From: Acidobacteriota bacterium
Lineage (GTDB): Bacteria; Acidobacteriota; Vicinamibacteria; Vicinamibacterales; 2-12-FULL-66-21
DNA: 37,609 nucleotides
Direction of reading: 5' to 3'
Assembly (NCBI GenBank): GCA_020200195.1
Contig: JAIVJE010000290.1
Span: 1-37,609 of the forward strand
Part shown: piece by piece, positions 7,353 through 17,420 of the stretch
Numbering within the stretch: the stretch's first letter is position 1
Layout: every line of letters begins with the position of its first letter
The notes under the pieces: model-generated
The model's input: the letters and a program-made list of their open reading frames with translations, nothing else
Databases searched by the model: none
What the model was told of the DNA's origin: nothing
Position numbers and translations under genes: made by a program

Positions 7353-8417
7353 TCAGAGCGCGGGAGGTGTGGCGACGTGCTGCTCGTACGCCTTTTTCAA
7401 CTCGGCGTTCTTCCACTCGATCAACGCCTGGCTGCGGAGGCGCTTGAGAAACTTTGCGACTTCGGTCCGCTGTCGAGCGGCGGCCACCTTATCCGCGACG
7501 ACATCACGGATGCTCTCGAATGGCGGTACCACAGCGGCCTGCCGCGTTTCGAGCTTCAAAATCTGGTACCCGCGAGCGGTCCGGATAGGCTGAGTCATCT
7601 CGCCGGGCTGCAGCTTTTCGAGCACCTGCTGCAGCGACGCGGACAACTCACTGACGTCGATCGGCCCGATCAGGCCGCCGTTCGCCTTTGACGGCGCGGC
7701 GGAGACCTCGCCGGCCACTTTCGCGAAATCCTCTCCCGCGCTGAGGCGAGCGCGGATCGCCGCCGCGTCCGCAGCGGCACGATCGTCCGCGCCCACGGAG
7801 ACGCCCGCCTGCCCCTGCTGCTTCGTGACGGGCACCTCGATCAGGATTTCCCGCAGTGTGACGCTCGCCTGCTGACGAAATTCCTCCGGGTGCGCGAGAT
7901 AGTACTGCCGCGCTTCTTCTTCAGTGATTTGCAACTTGGACCCGACTTCATCCTGCTGCACGCGCGAAATCAGCATCTGACGCTCGACGTTGCGACGAAG
8001 CTCCTCGATCGTCATGCCTTCCTGTTTGAGCGCCGCCTGAAACTTCTGGTCGTCCTTCAGGTTCTGTTGCTCGCGGAGGTTGCTCAGCCAGTCGTTGAAC
8101 TGTTGATCGCTCAACCGGTATCCCTTTTCACGTCCGAGCTGCACGAGCAACAGTTCGTCAATCGCTTCCACGAGCAGCTTCGGCGTAATCTCCGAAAGCG
8201 TTTTCTTGAGCTCCTCGTCGTTCGTCAGCGCCTCGGGCGCGATGTCCGAGTTGAGCCGCGCGCGGAGCGCCGCAATCTGACGGTGCTCCAGGTCTGTTTT
8301 GGTGATGATGTCGCCGTTCACCTTCACCAGGATCTGCTCGAGGATCTCCGCGCGCATCGGCGTGACGAGCGCCAGCAAGAGGAGCGGAGCAACGACACGG
8401 CCGGAAATCAATCTCAT
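7353..8417 (-). CDS. Periplasmic SurA-like chaperone / parvulin-type peptidyl-prolyl isomerase
   Basis: Signal peptide MRLISGRVVAPLLLLALVTPMRA from the ATG at 8417. SurA_N-like region ILVKVNGDIITKTDLE. One parvulin domain ASVTLREILIEV...GGLIGPID...ARGYQILKL. The track ORF extension to 8627 overlaps mfd and is discounted. Confidence 0.85.
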   Translation of the reverse strand: MRLISGRVVAPLLLLALVTPMRAEILEQILVKVNGDIITKTDLEHRQIAALRARLNSDIAPEALTNDEELKKTLSEITPKLLVEAIDELLLVQLGREKGYRLSDQQFNDWLSNLREQQNLKDDQKFQAALKQEGMTIEELRRNVERQMLISRVQQDEVGSKLQITEEEARQYYLAHPEEFRQQASVTLREILIEVPVTKQQGQAGVSVGADDRAAADAAAIRARLSAGEDFAKVAGEVSAAPSKANGGLIGPIDVSELSASLQQVLEKLQPGEMTQPIRTARGYQILKLETRQAAVVPPFESIRDVVADKVAAARQRTEVAKFLKRLRSQALIEWKNAELKKAYEQHVATPPAL

Positions 8418-8467
8418 TGAACCACCTAAATCGCGTGAATACAGTATCTTAGCCGAACCGCGCGCGG

Positions 8468-11400
8468 TTAGCCAATCGACCCGCCCGCGTTCAACTCGCG
8501 GAGCAGTCCGGCCACCCGTGAGAACACACCCCCCTCGCCTCGCGGATCTTCCTTGGCGGGGCGCATGATGGCGTCGCGCGTGAACCCTGGCGCCACTTCT
8601 CCAGCCTGTGCTCGCGCCGCCCACCATGAACCGGCGGCGACGGGATCGGACTTCTTCCGGGCCGGTGCGGCGGCGGGCGGCACGGGCGTCAGCAGTCTGA
8701 GCGTGGCAGAGACACGGAGATCGAGCTTCAGCGTCGCGGGCGGAACGAGGGTGAGATCGCCACGCCCCTGGATGACCCGGAAGAGCCAGCCCGGATCCAG
8801 CGTTGCCTCCGGTCTGAACTTTAGGACGACGGTCTGGCCCTCGCGGTCGACAGACTCGAGCCGCAGCCGATCGGCGAGCAGCCGGATGGCCGCGTACTCG
8901 GCCAGGTTTCGCACGGAATCCGGGGGCGATCCATAGCGATCGCGAACCTCCTCCATGAACCGCTCCAACTCCGCGTCGGTCCGGACCGCCGCCATCCGTC
9001 GATAGACCGTCAGCCGCTGGTTCATGTCAGGGATATACGACTCGTCAATCCGGAGGTCGACACGCAAGTTGACGTTGGCGCGCACGTCGTCTTCGATGTC
9101 CTCCCCCTTCAATTCCTTGATCGTCTGCTCGAGCAGTTTCATGTACATGTCGAAGCCGACCGCTTCGATGTGGCCGCTTTGCTCGCCGCCCAGCAGGTTG
9201 CCCGCACCGCGTATCTCGAGGTCCAGCGCCGCCACGCGGAAGCCGCTGCCGAGATCGCTGAACTCGCGTATGGCCGCGAGGCGCTTTTTCGCGACGGGGG
9301 AGAGCGCCTCTTCGGGCGGAATCAGCAGATAGGCGTAGGCGCGGCGATCGGAACGGCCGACGCGGCCGCGCAATTGATACAACTGCGACAACCCGTAGCG
9401 ATCCGCACGGTTGATGATGATCGTGTTCGCGTTCGAGATATCCAGGCCGTTCTCGATGATCGTCGTCGCCAGAAGCACATCGTACTTGTGCGCGACGAAG
9501 TCCACCATCGAGCGCTCGAGCTGCTCCTCGCTCATCTGTCCGTGCCCGATGGCGATTCGCGCCTCGGGGACGAGCCTCGTAATCAGGTCGCCGAGAGAGT
9601 AGATCGATTCGACCCGGTTGTGAACGAAGTACACCTGGCCGCCGCGCTCCAGTTCCGTGCGGATGGCGCTGGAGATGACCGCCTGATCGAACTTGAGGAC
9701 GTTGGTCTGAATCGACAGACGGTCCTTGGGCGGCGTTTCGATGATCGACATATCGCGGATACCGGCCAGCGACATGTTCAACGTCCGCGGGATGGGTGTC
9801 GCCGTCATCGTCAGCACGTCGACGCGCTTGCGCATCTGCTTGATACGCTCTTTGTGCGCCACGCCGAACCGCTGCTCCTCGTCCACGACGAGCAGACCCA
9901 GATCCCGGAACTGCACGTCCTTCGAGAGGAGCCGGTGCGTGCCAACGATGATCTCCACTTTGCCCGCGGCGAGATCCTCGAGCGTCTGCTTCTGCTCGGC
10001 CTTGGTTCGGAAACGGCTGATCATGTCCACGCGCACGGGGAACGCCGCGAACCGGTCCTTCAGGGTCTTGAGATGCTGGAACGCGAGCACGGTCGTCGGC
10101 GCCAGAAACGCGACCTGCTTGCCGTCCATCACCGCTTTGAAGGCGGCCCGCATCGCGACTTCCGTCTTGCCGTAACCGACGTCGCCGCACAGCAAACGAT
10201 CCATCGTCGTGGGAGACTCCATGTCCCCTTTGATGTCGTTGATGGCGTTCGCCTGATCCGGCGTCAGTTCCCACTCGAACGCGTCGTCGAACTCCTGCTG
10301 CCAGTGCGAGTCGGGGCTGAAGGCGTGGCCGGGCATCGCCTTGCGCGCGGCGTAGAGCTTGAGCAGCTCCTCGGCCATGTCGCGCATCGCTTTTTTGACG
10401 CGCGTCTTGGCTTTTTCCCACGTCGTCCCGCCGAGGCGATCGAGCGAGGGTCGAGCCGCGCCAGTGTATCTCTGGACGAGGTCGAGCCGCTCGACTGGGA
10501 CGAACAGTTTGTCTTCACCCTGGTACCGCAGTTCCATGAATTCCTGCGGTTCGAGCCCAACGTCAATTCGCTTCAGTCCAACGAACAGCCCGATGCCGTG
10601 ATCGACGTGCACGACCAGGTCGTCCACTTTCAGATCGCGAAAATCAGACAGGAACGTGCGGGTCGCCGAGCGGCGGCGCTCGTGAACCTTGCGTTCCTCT
10701 TCGAACACGTCGGTTTCGGCCCAGAACTGGAGTGACGCATCCGGGAGGCGGAAGCCGCGCGACAAATGGCCGACGCCGACGAGCACGGCCGCGGTGTGCG
10801 CCTCTTCGGCGCGCTCGATGGGGACAGCGAAGATGTCGTAATCGGCGAGGAGCTCAATCGTCCGTTCGGCGCGCCCGACGGAGTGGGCGATGACGACGAG
10901 CGTGTCGTCGCGGTCGCGGGTACGGCGGATCTCCGCGACCCATTCAGGGACGCGGCCGGCAAACTCGACCGCCGGCTGACACGCGATGTGCGTCCCGGCG
11001 TCACCGACCGCAAGCGTTTCGAGCGAAGTGGCGCGGTCGAGCCAACCTTCAGCGGCCCCCCAATCGAGCATCAGCTCTTCGGGCGGCGGAACCTGCTGGC
11101 CTTTTGTAACTGCCTCCTCGTAGCTGGCACGCACCTGCGCGTCCAGCTTGATTCCTTGCGCGCGAACTTCGTCAGACTCCGACACGATGACGGCCGGTCG
11201 ATCACCGGACCAGAGATAGTCGAACACCGTGGCGGATCGATCGGGATCGTCTGCATCCGTCACGAGCTCCTGCAGCGGCACGATTTCGATTTGATCCAGC
11301 GCTCCGGTCGAGCGTTGCGTGGCGGGGTCGTACGCGCGGATCGATTCGATCGTGTCGCCCATGAACTCGAGCCGGATCGGCTGCCGCGCGCCCGCGGGGA

Positions 11401-11986
11401 AGAAGTCCACCACGCCGCCGCGGACGCAGAACTCGCCGGATTCGTCCACGGGATCCTGGCGGGTGTATCCCGCGGCAGCGAGCAGGTCCCCCAGGTCGGT
11501 AGGGGAGACGTCCTGACCGGGGATCAGGCCGAGCGAAACGGCCGCCAGTCGAGCCGGGGAGCTGACACGCGGCAGCAACGCGGCAGCGGACGCGACAATG
11601 AGCCGCGCTTCTCCAGGTTTCCGGCGGGCAAGCGCATGGAGCGTGCGCGCCCGGGCAGACGCGATCTCAAAGTGCGGAGCGAGCCCTCGATACGGGTCGA
11701 CCTCATGCGACGGCAGGGGCAACACCGTGCCCTCAACCTGCGCGTCCGATAGGCCCTCGAGCGACGCCAGGAAGAACCTCGCGTCGGAGATCATCGTCTC
11801 CGCCTCGGCATCGGTCGCGACGACGAGCAATGTGAGGCCGCGCGCCGCCGACGCCGCCGCGAACATGGCTTTCGCGGGTGGCGTCAGGCCGGTGACCCGG
11901 GGCGCAGGCAGACCCATCCGCAACCGGCCGGCAGCGGCTTTCAGGACGGCACGCAGTGTCAGGGAACTCGAGGTGTACGAACTCAT
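8468..11986 (-). CDS. mfd: Transcription-repair coupling factor Mfd
   Basis: Walker [27 protein letters not shown] box. TATPIPRTL. Helicase [11 protein letters not shown]...HGQMSE. TRG/C-terminal domain. ATG at 11986 (MSSYTSS...). Confidence 0.95.
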   Translation of the reverse strand: MSSYTSSSLTLRAVLKAAAGRLRMGLPAPRVTGLTPPAKAMFAAASAARGLTLLVVATDAEAETMISDARFFLASLEGLSDAQVEGTVLPLPSHEVDPYRGLAPHFEIASARARTLHALARRKPGEARLIVASAAALLPRVSSPARLAAVSLGLIPGQDVSPTDLGDLLAAAGYTRQDPVDESGEFCVRGGVVDFFPAGARQPIRLEFMGDTIESIRAYDPATQRSTGALDQIEIVPLQELVTDADDPDRSATVFDYLWSGDRPAVIVSESDEVRAQGIKLDAQVRASYEEAVTKGQQVPPPEELMLDWGAAEGWLDRATSLETLAVGDAGTHIACQPAVEFAGRVPEWVAEIRRTRDRDDTLVVIAHSVGRAERTIELLADYDIFAVPIERAEEAHTAAVLVGVGHLSRGFRLPDASLQFWAETDVFEEERKVHERRRSATRTFLSDFRDLKVDDLVVHVDHGIGLFVGLKRIDVGLEPQEFMELRYQGEDKLFVPVERLDLVQRYTGAARPSLDRLGGTTWEKAKTRVKKAMRDMAEELLKLYAARKAMPGHAFSPDSHWQQEFDDAFEWELTPDQANAINDIKGDMESPTTMDRLLCGDVGYGKTEVAMRAAFKAVMDGKQVAFLAPTTVLAFQHLKTLKDRFAAFPVRVDMISRFRTKAEQKQTLEDLAAGKVEIIVGTHRLLSKDVQFRDLGLLVVDEEQRFGVAHKERIKQMRKRVDVLTMTATPIPRTLNMSLAGIRDMSIIETPPKDRLSIQTNVLKFDQAVISSAIRTELERGGQVYFVHNRVESIYSLGDLITRLVPEARIAIGHGQMSEEQLERSMVDFVAHKYDVLLATTIIENGLDISNANTIIINRADRYGLSQLYQLRGRVGRSDRRAYAYLLIPPEEALSPVAKKRLAAIREFSDLGSGFRVAALDLEIRGAGNLLGGEQSGHIEAVGFDMYMKLLEQTIKELKGEDIEDDVRANVNLRVDLRIDESYIPDMNQRLTVYRRMAAVRTDAELERFMEEVRDRYGSPPDSVRNLAEYAAIRLLADRLRLESVDREGQTVVLKFRPEATLDPGWLFRVIQGRGDLTLVPPATLKLDLRVSATLRLLTPVPPAAAPARKKSDPVAAGSWWAARAQAGEVAPGFTRDAIMRPAKEDPRGEGGVFSRVAGLLRELNAGGSIG

Positions 11987-11992
11987 GGCGAC

Positions 11993-12022
11993 GGTTCCGG
12001 CGTGACCGGAACCTTTTATTTT
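11993..12022 (+). terminator. Canonical intrinsic-terminator-like hairpin plus T-tract on the plus strand, in the mfd 5' leader
   Basis: GGTTCCGG-cgtga-CCGGAACC is a perfect 8-bp stem (11993-12000 / 12006-12013). It is followed immediately by TTTTATTTT. No plus-strand gene ends here. Confidence 0.4.
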
Positions 12023-12065
12023 AGCCCGAAACCCGGTCGGAAAGTCCCGCTGAGCGTCGGTCTGG

Positions 12066-12176
12066 GTCCGGCTAAAGCCGGACGCTACGCCTGTCATCTC
12101 ATTCCGTAGTGTCGGCTTTGGCCGGACCTCAGTCGCAGCCTTCGGCCGTAGTGTCCGGCTTTAGACCCTATGTAGG
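12066..12176. repeat. Three REP-like palindromic elements, one inverted relative to the other two
   Basis: Copy 1, 12066-12089: GTCCGGCTAAAGCCGGACGCTACG (perfect GTCCGGCT/AGCCGGAC hairpin). Copy 2, 12105-12127: CGTAGTGTCGGCTTTGGCCGGAC. Copy 3, 12147-12166: CGTAGTGTCCGGCTTTAGAC. The reverse complement of copy 3 matches copy 1 at 17 of 18 positions. Confidence 0.55.
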
Positions 12177-12177
12177 C

Positions 12178-12428
12178 AGGGTTGACGGGCCGGCTGTATG
12201 TTGAACTCGAAGTTGATGGTGCAACTTGAAAGGAGTTCAGCATGTGCAGCACGACCCATCGAGCGGAGTGCTGATGTGACCCGGATGCAGCAGGTCGAAT
12301 ACCCCGTTGGTGAAGACAACCGTGCGGCCCTCGGTTCGCAGGCGCTCGACGCAAGCGGTGACTTCGTTCCGATCGAGCACGGTCAGCTCGGCATCTTCTC
12401 GAACCGCACGCCATCGGAAAAGGTCCAC
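12178..12428 (-). pseudogene. Decayed RfaE-domain-II / cytidylyltransferase-like (heptose-1-phosphate adenylyltransferase-like) gene remnant
   Basis: Frame A gives [16 protein letters not shown] (the nucleotidyltransferase HxGH motif) and stops 13 codons later. A second frame then gives VVLHMLNS...SRPVNP at about the spacing seen in HldE (LIVAVNSD...SRPVNP, recalled from memory). Homology ends where REP-like copy 3 begins. Confidence 0.5.
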
Positions 12429-13723
12429 GCGTGTCTGGGACGATAGATGCCGACATCCTTCGTTCGTGACTTCACACGGAACGTATACAGCAAGCGGTGA
12501 TAGTCGTAGGGGTAGCCGTCGAGCCTGTGAACCGCGACGTCGAGCTTGTACGTGCCCTCGACGAGGTCGAGGCTATCGATCGTGAACGTCGCCTCTGCGT
12601 CACCGAAGATCCGTTCCGCTTTCAGCTCTTCGAGGCTGGTGTTGGTCCCGTAGCAACAGACACCTTCAGCGTTGAAGAGCCCGATGCCGATGACAAAGTC
12701 GTCCAGCGCAACCGGCGCGCGCATCCGGATCCGGATGTCGAGCCGGTCGCCGGAGTGAAACACGTGACCCGAGTCACCATCGGCTGCGCGCAGCTGGACA
12801 TCGGTGATTTCGATCTCACGCGAGCCCCAGCGACCTTCGGTCGCACGGAACATGTCACCCGGCGCTTCGGCGGTCTCGATGGGATGATCGGGCAGCACCG
12901 CCGCCGGTTCGTCGGGCGAGATCGTACCGGCCGATTCCTGGGCTTTCGCATCGCCCGCGGCGAGTTGACGCTCCTCGGTCACCTCGACGTCGGTCACGTA
13001 GGCGCCAACGACCCGTTTTGGGTCGCCGAGGCCCTGCATCCGGCCGGCGTCGAGCCACAAGGCCTCGTCGCAGAACCGCTCGACGAGACCGAGCGCGTGG
13101 GTGACCAGCAGGATGGTCTTGCCCCGGCGCTTGAACTCGGCGAACTTGTCGAGGCACTTGTGGGTGAATCCCTCGTCGCCGACCGCCAGCACCTCGTCGA
13201 CGAGCAGCACGTCCGGATCGACGTGGATGGCCACCGCAAACCCGAGGCGCATGTACATGCCGGACGAATACGTCTTCACCGGCGCGTCGATGAAGTCTTT
13301 CATGTCGGCAAACTCGACGATCTCGTCGAACCGGCGCGTGATCTCGCGCTTCGTCAGTCCGAGCATGATCCCGTTGATGAACACGTTCTCCCGGCCGGAG
13401 ATTTCCGGGTGAAACCCCGCTCCCAGCTCAATCAGCGCGGATATTCGGCCGTCGACTCGCACTATGCCGGAGGACGGTTTAGTAATGCCGGCGACGAGCT
13501 TGAGCATCGTGCTCTTGCCGGAACCGTTTCGGCCGATGACTCCGAGCGTGCGGCCTGCCGGGACGGTGAAGGTCACGTCCTGCAGCGCCGAAAACGTTTC
13601 GTCCGGCCGGAGGTCGCGGATCAAGCTGCCGGACAGCAGCGCGCTCTTGAGCGTCGTGAACTGCCGCCGCCGGCTGTAGCGCCGATAGATCTTTGAGGCG
13701 TGGAAGACTTCGATGGCGTTCAT
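12383..13723 (-). CDS. wzt: Polysaccharide/O-antigen ABC exporter ATP-binding protein with a C-terminal Wzt-type carbohydrate-binding beta-sandwich domain
   Basis: Walker [10 protein letters not shown]. Signature YSSGM. Walker [21 protein letters not shown] motif typical of TagH/Wzt. C-terminal REIEITDV...GDRLDIRI...GTYKLDVAV resembles Wzt_C. Confidence 0.88.
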   Translation of the reverse strand: MNAIEVFHASKIYRRYSRRRQFTTLKSALLSGSLIRDLRPDETFSALQDVTFTVPAGRTLGVIGRNGSGKSTMLKLVAGITKPSSGIVRVDGRISALIELGAGFHPEISGRENVFINGIMLGLTKREITRRFDEIVEFADMKDFIDAPVKTYSSGMYMRLGFAVAIHVDPDVLLVDEVLAVGDEGFTHKCLDKFAEFKRRGKTILLVTHALGLVERFCDEALWLDAGRMQGLGDPKRVVGAYVTDVEVTEERQLAAGDAKAQESAGTISPDEPAAVLPDHPIETAEAPGDMFRATEGRWGSREIEITDVQLRAADGDSGHVFHSGDRLDIRIRMRAPVALDDFVIGIGLFNAEGVCCYGTNTSLEELKAERIFGDAEATFTIDSLDLVEGTYKLDVAVHRLDGYPYDYHRLLYTFRVKSRTKDVGIYRPRHAWTFSDGVRFEKMPS

Positions 13724-13726
13724 TTT

Positions 13727-13796
13727 TCAGCTCTCAGCTCTCAGCTCTCAGCTTTCGGCTTTCGGCTTTCGGCTTTCGGCTTTCGGCTTTCGGCGC
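13727..13796. repeat. Ten-unit tandem heptanucleotide array: (TCAGCTC)x3 (TCAGCTT)x1 (TCGGCTT)x5 (TCGGCGC)x1
   Basis: Read directly from the sequence. It fills most of the 93-nt wzm-wzt spacer and ends 3 nt from the wzt start codon (13721-13723). Confidence 0.95.
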
Positions 13797-13816
13797 TAAT
13801 AGCCGATAGCTCAATG

Positions 13817-14608
13817 TCACACTTCCTCCGCAAACGTGTCCCGCAACCGGTCGAAGACAAAATAGGCAAACAGAAAAAACGCCAGGGACGCGGCACCGAG
13901 GGCCAGCAGCCATTTCCAGTGGCCGAAATCCCCCTTGTAGAACAGCACTTCCTGATAGGACACCGCCAGGTGCGTGAACGGGTTCATGTTTAGGCCCCGG
14001 CGCCCCAGCGCCGGGGCCGCTCCCATGGGATAGATGATCGGCGTCGCGAAGAACCACAGCGTCAGGATGTTCGCCAGGATGTCGCGGATGTCGCGGAAGT
14101 GCACGGTCAGCGCCGACAGGATCAGCGCGCAGCCGAGGGTGAAGACGAGTTGCACGAACACGATTACCGGAAACCAGAGAATCTCGGGAAATCCGAGCGG
14201 CGCACGGTAGTAGATCAGGAACACGGCAAGAATCGGCAGTCCTAGAAAGAAGTGCGCCATGTTGGCCAGCACGGTGACGATTGGAAGGATCTCCGCGGGA
14301 AACAGCACCTTTTTGATCAGGTTTCCGCCGGAGATCAGGACATTAGACGACTCCGTCAGCGAGGACGCGAACCAGGTCCACGGCAGGATCCCGCAGAACA
14401 TGAACAGCGCGTACGGCTCCAATCCGTCCACCTTGGCGGGGAGGACGTACTCGAACACGAAGGAATAAATGAGGAGCAGAAACAGCGGGTTGAAGAACGA
14501 CCAGAAGAATCCGAGGACCGAGCCGCGATACCGTGCTTTCAGCTCCCTCGCGACCAGACTCTGGATCAGCCCGCGATAGCGGAGCAACCGAACCAGGTTA
14601 GGGAACAT
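13817..14608 (-). CDS. wzm: ABC-2 type polysaccharide exporter permease (Wzm/TagG-like)
   Basis: LLRYRGLIQSLVARELKARYRGSVLGFFWSFFNPLFLLLIYSFVF is the ABC-2 permease N-terminal signature, followed by multiple hydrophobic segments. Start taken at ATG 14608. An alternative ATG lies at 14653. Confidence 0.85.
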   Translation of the reverse strand: MFPNLVRLLRYRGLIQSLVARELKARYRGSVLGFFWSFFNPLFLLLIYSFVFEYVLPAKVDGLEPYALFMFCGILPWTWFASSLTESSNVLISGGNLIKKVLFPAEILPIVTVLANMAHFFLGLPILAVFLIYYRAPLGFPEILWFPVIVFVQLVFTLGCALILSALTVHFRDIRDILANILTLWFFATPIIYPMGAAPALGRRGLNMNPFTHLAVSYQEVLFYKGDFGHWKWLLALGAASLAFFLFAYFVFDRLRDTFAEEV

Positions 14609-15377
14609 CGACCTGGAGCACCAGCGTCGTGATGTTGTCGGGTCCTCCTGCATTGTTCGCGGCGTCGATGAGACGCGCGCATACCTGTTCCAATGAACTG
14701 TTCCGGTCGCCCAGGATCTCCGAGATCCGCTCGTCCCCGACGACAGTGAAGAGACCGTCCGAGCAGAGCAGATACCGCTCGCCGGACAGCGGCTGGATTT
14801 CGGTCACGTCGACTTCCGGGTCATCCCCGCCCGACAGCGCGCGCGTGACCACGTTGCGCCACGGGTGCTGCCGCGCGGCGGTCGGACTCATCGCCCCGGC
14901 CCGAACCTGTTCTTCGACCCACGAGTGGTCGTGGGTGATCTGTTCGAGCCGGTTGCCGCGCAGCACGTACACGCGGCTGTCGCCCACGTGCCCGACGCAC
15001 GACACGTCGGCGCCGACCAGCAACGCCGAAGCGGTGGTAGCCATCCCGCGTAAATCCTGTGAATCGGCGATCGTCGAACCGATCCGGCGGTTGGCAAGGC
15101 GGAAGGCGGCCTTCAGGCGGTTCGCCTCCCAACTCAACGCGGGCTCGAACGGAAACGGCCAGGTCCGGTTCTTGTCGGCGCCGGCGGTCTCCTGGATGAA
15201 TGCCTGAATCGCTTCGACGGCCACGCGGGACGCCACCTCACCGGCCACGTGTCCGCCCATGCCGTCAGCGACGATGTAGAGCCCGAGGTCGGGCCGGGTG
15301 CAGTAACTATCTTCGTTGCTGCTTCGGCGCAAGCCTGGATCCGAGCCGACCGACCAGGAGAACGACGTGGCGGTCAT
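14598..15377 (-). CDS. PP2C-family Ser/Thr protein phosphatase
   Basis: GLRRSSNEDS, YIVADGMGGHVAGEVAS, GDSRVYVLR, LLCSDGLF and GGPDNITTLV are the PP2C metal-binding motifs. Confidence 0.9.
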   Translation of the reverse strand: MTATSFSWSVGSDPGLRRSSNEDSYCTRPDLGLYIVADGMGGHVAGEVASRVAVEAIQAFIQETAGADKNRTWPFPFEPALSWEANRLKAAFRLANRRIGSTIADSQDLRGMATTASALLVGADVSCVGHVGDSRVYVLRGNRLEQITHDHSWVEEQVRAGAMSPTAARQHPWRNVVTRALSGGDDPEVDVTEIQPLSGERYLLCSDGLFTVVGDERISEILGDRNSSLEQVCARLIDAANNAGGPDNITTLVLQVDVP

Positions 15378-15389
15378 GATTCTTCGGCC

Positions 15390-15845
15390 TTAGCCCTGCG
15401 GATGCATGCGTTTCAGCGTGCTTCGTCCGCCGATGCCGAACCGCGAGGCGACCTGGAGACGGGTCATGGCTTTCATAAGTGCCACACGCGCGCGTTCGTA
15501 GTCTACGTCCGCCTTCTGCACGCCGACCCGTTCTTCTGCGCGTTTTCGCGCTGCCTCGGCACGCTCGACGTCGATGTCTTCGCCCCGCTCGGCGAGCCTT
15601 GCCAGGATCGTGACGCGGTCGGGCAGGACTTCGGCAAACCCGAACGCAATTGCCAGATAGGTCTTCTCCTGGCCCTTCCGGTACCAGAGCTCGCCGACCG
15701 CAAGAGACGCCAGGAGCGGCGTGTGACCGGGCAGGACGCCGAAGTAGCCCTCCGAGCCGGGAATCTCGACCTCGTCGACCTGCTCCTTCACGATCAAGCG
15801 GTCCGGAGTCACGATCTGCAGATCAATGCTTGAGGGCAGGGCCAT
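15390..15845 (-). CDS. atpC: F1 ATP synthase epsilon subunit
   Basis: LQIVTPDRLIVKEQVDEVEIPGSEGYFGVLPGHTPLLASL. It lies directly downstream of atpD. Confidence 0.9.
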   Translation of the reverse strand: MALPSSIDLQIVTPDRLIVKEQVDEVEIPGSEGYFGVLPGHTPLLASLAVGELWYRKGQEKTYLAIAFGFAEVLPDRVTILARLAERGEDIDVERAEAARKRAEERVGVQKADVDYERARVALMKAMTRLQVASRFGIGGRSTLKRMHPQG

Positions 15846-15857
15846 GATTCTATGATC

Positions 15858-17420
<1,563 letters not shown>

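Noticed and set aside
8456-8469. Palindrome AACCGCGCGCGGTT at the mfd stop codon as a terminator
   Set aside because: It is a loop-less 14-nt palindrome with no following U-tract on the minus strand. The next gene starts 50 nt away, so read-through is more likely.
9170-10735. 521-aa plus-strand ORF, with the 458-aa minus-strand ORF 9045..10421 in a second frame
   Set aside because: It lies entirely inside mfd, either antisense or out of frame. The Arg/Ala/Gly-rich composition has no motifs. This is the typical shadow ORF of a high-GC gene.
11987-12097. Upstream extensions of track ORFs: mfd to 12097, SurA-like to 8627, atpG to 18347, dnaN from 33513, sigma factor to 2206
   Set aside because: The extensions run through intergenic repeats or neighbouring genes. 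Internal ATGs give conventional N-termini (signal peptide, conserved first helices) and sensible gene spacing.
12094-12456. 120-aa minus-strand ORF treated as an intact gene
   Set aside because: Only a short stretch (VVLHMLNS...SRPVNP) resembles anything, and that stretch is the out-of-frame continuation of the cytidylyltransferase remnant. The C-terminal part is translated REP-like elements.
12497-13696. 399-aa plus-strand ORF
   Set aside because: It is antisense to the well-supported wzt ABC ATPase and has no recognisable domain. It is a GC-driven shadow.
13727-13796. Heptamer arrays considered as CRISPR or other spacer-repeat structures
   Set aside because: The period is 7 nt with no unique spacers, and there are no cas genes. 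They are microsatellite-like tandem repeats.
13700-13993. 97-aa plus-strand ORF (SALSSQLSAFGFRLSAFGFRLSAL...)
   Set aside because: Its N-terminus is the translated heptamer array and the rest is antisense to wzm.
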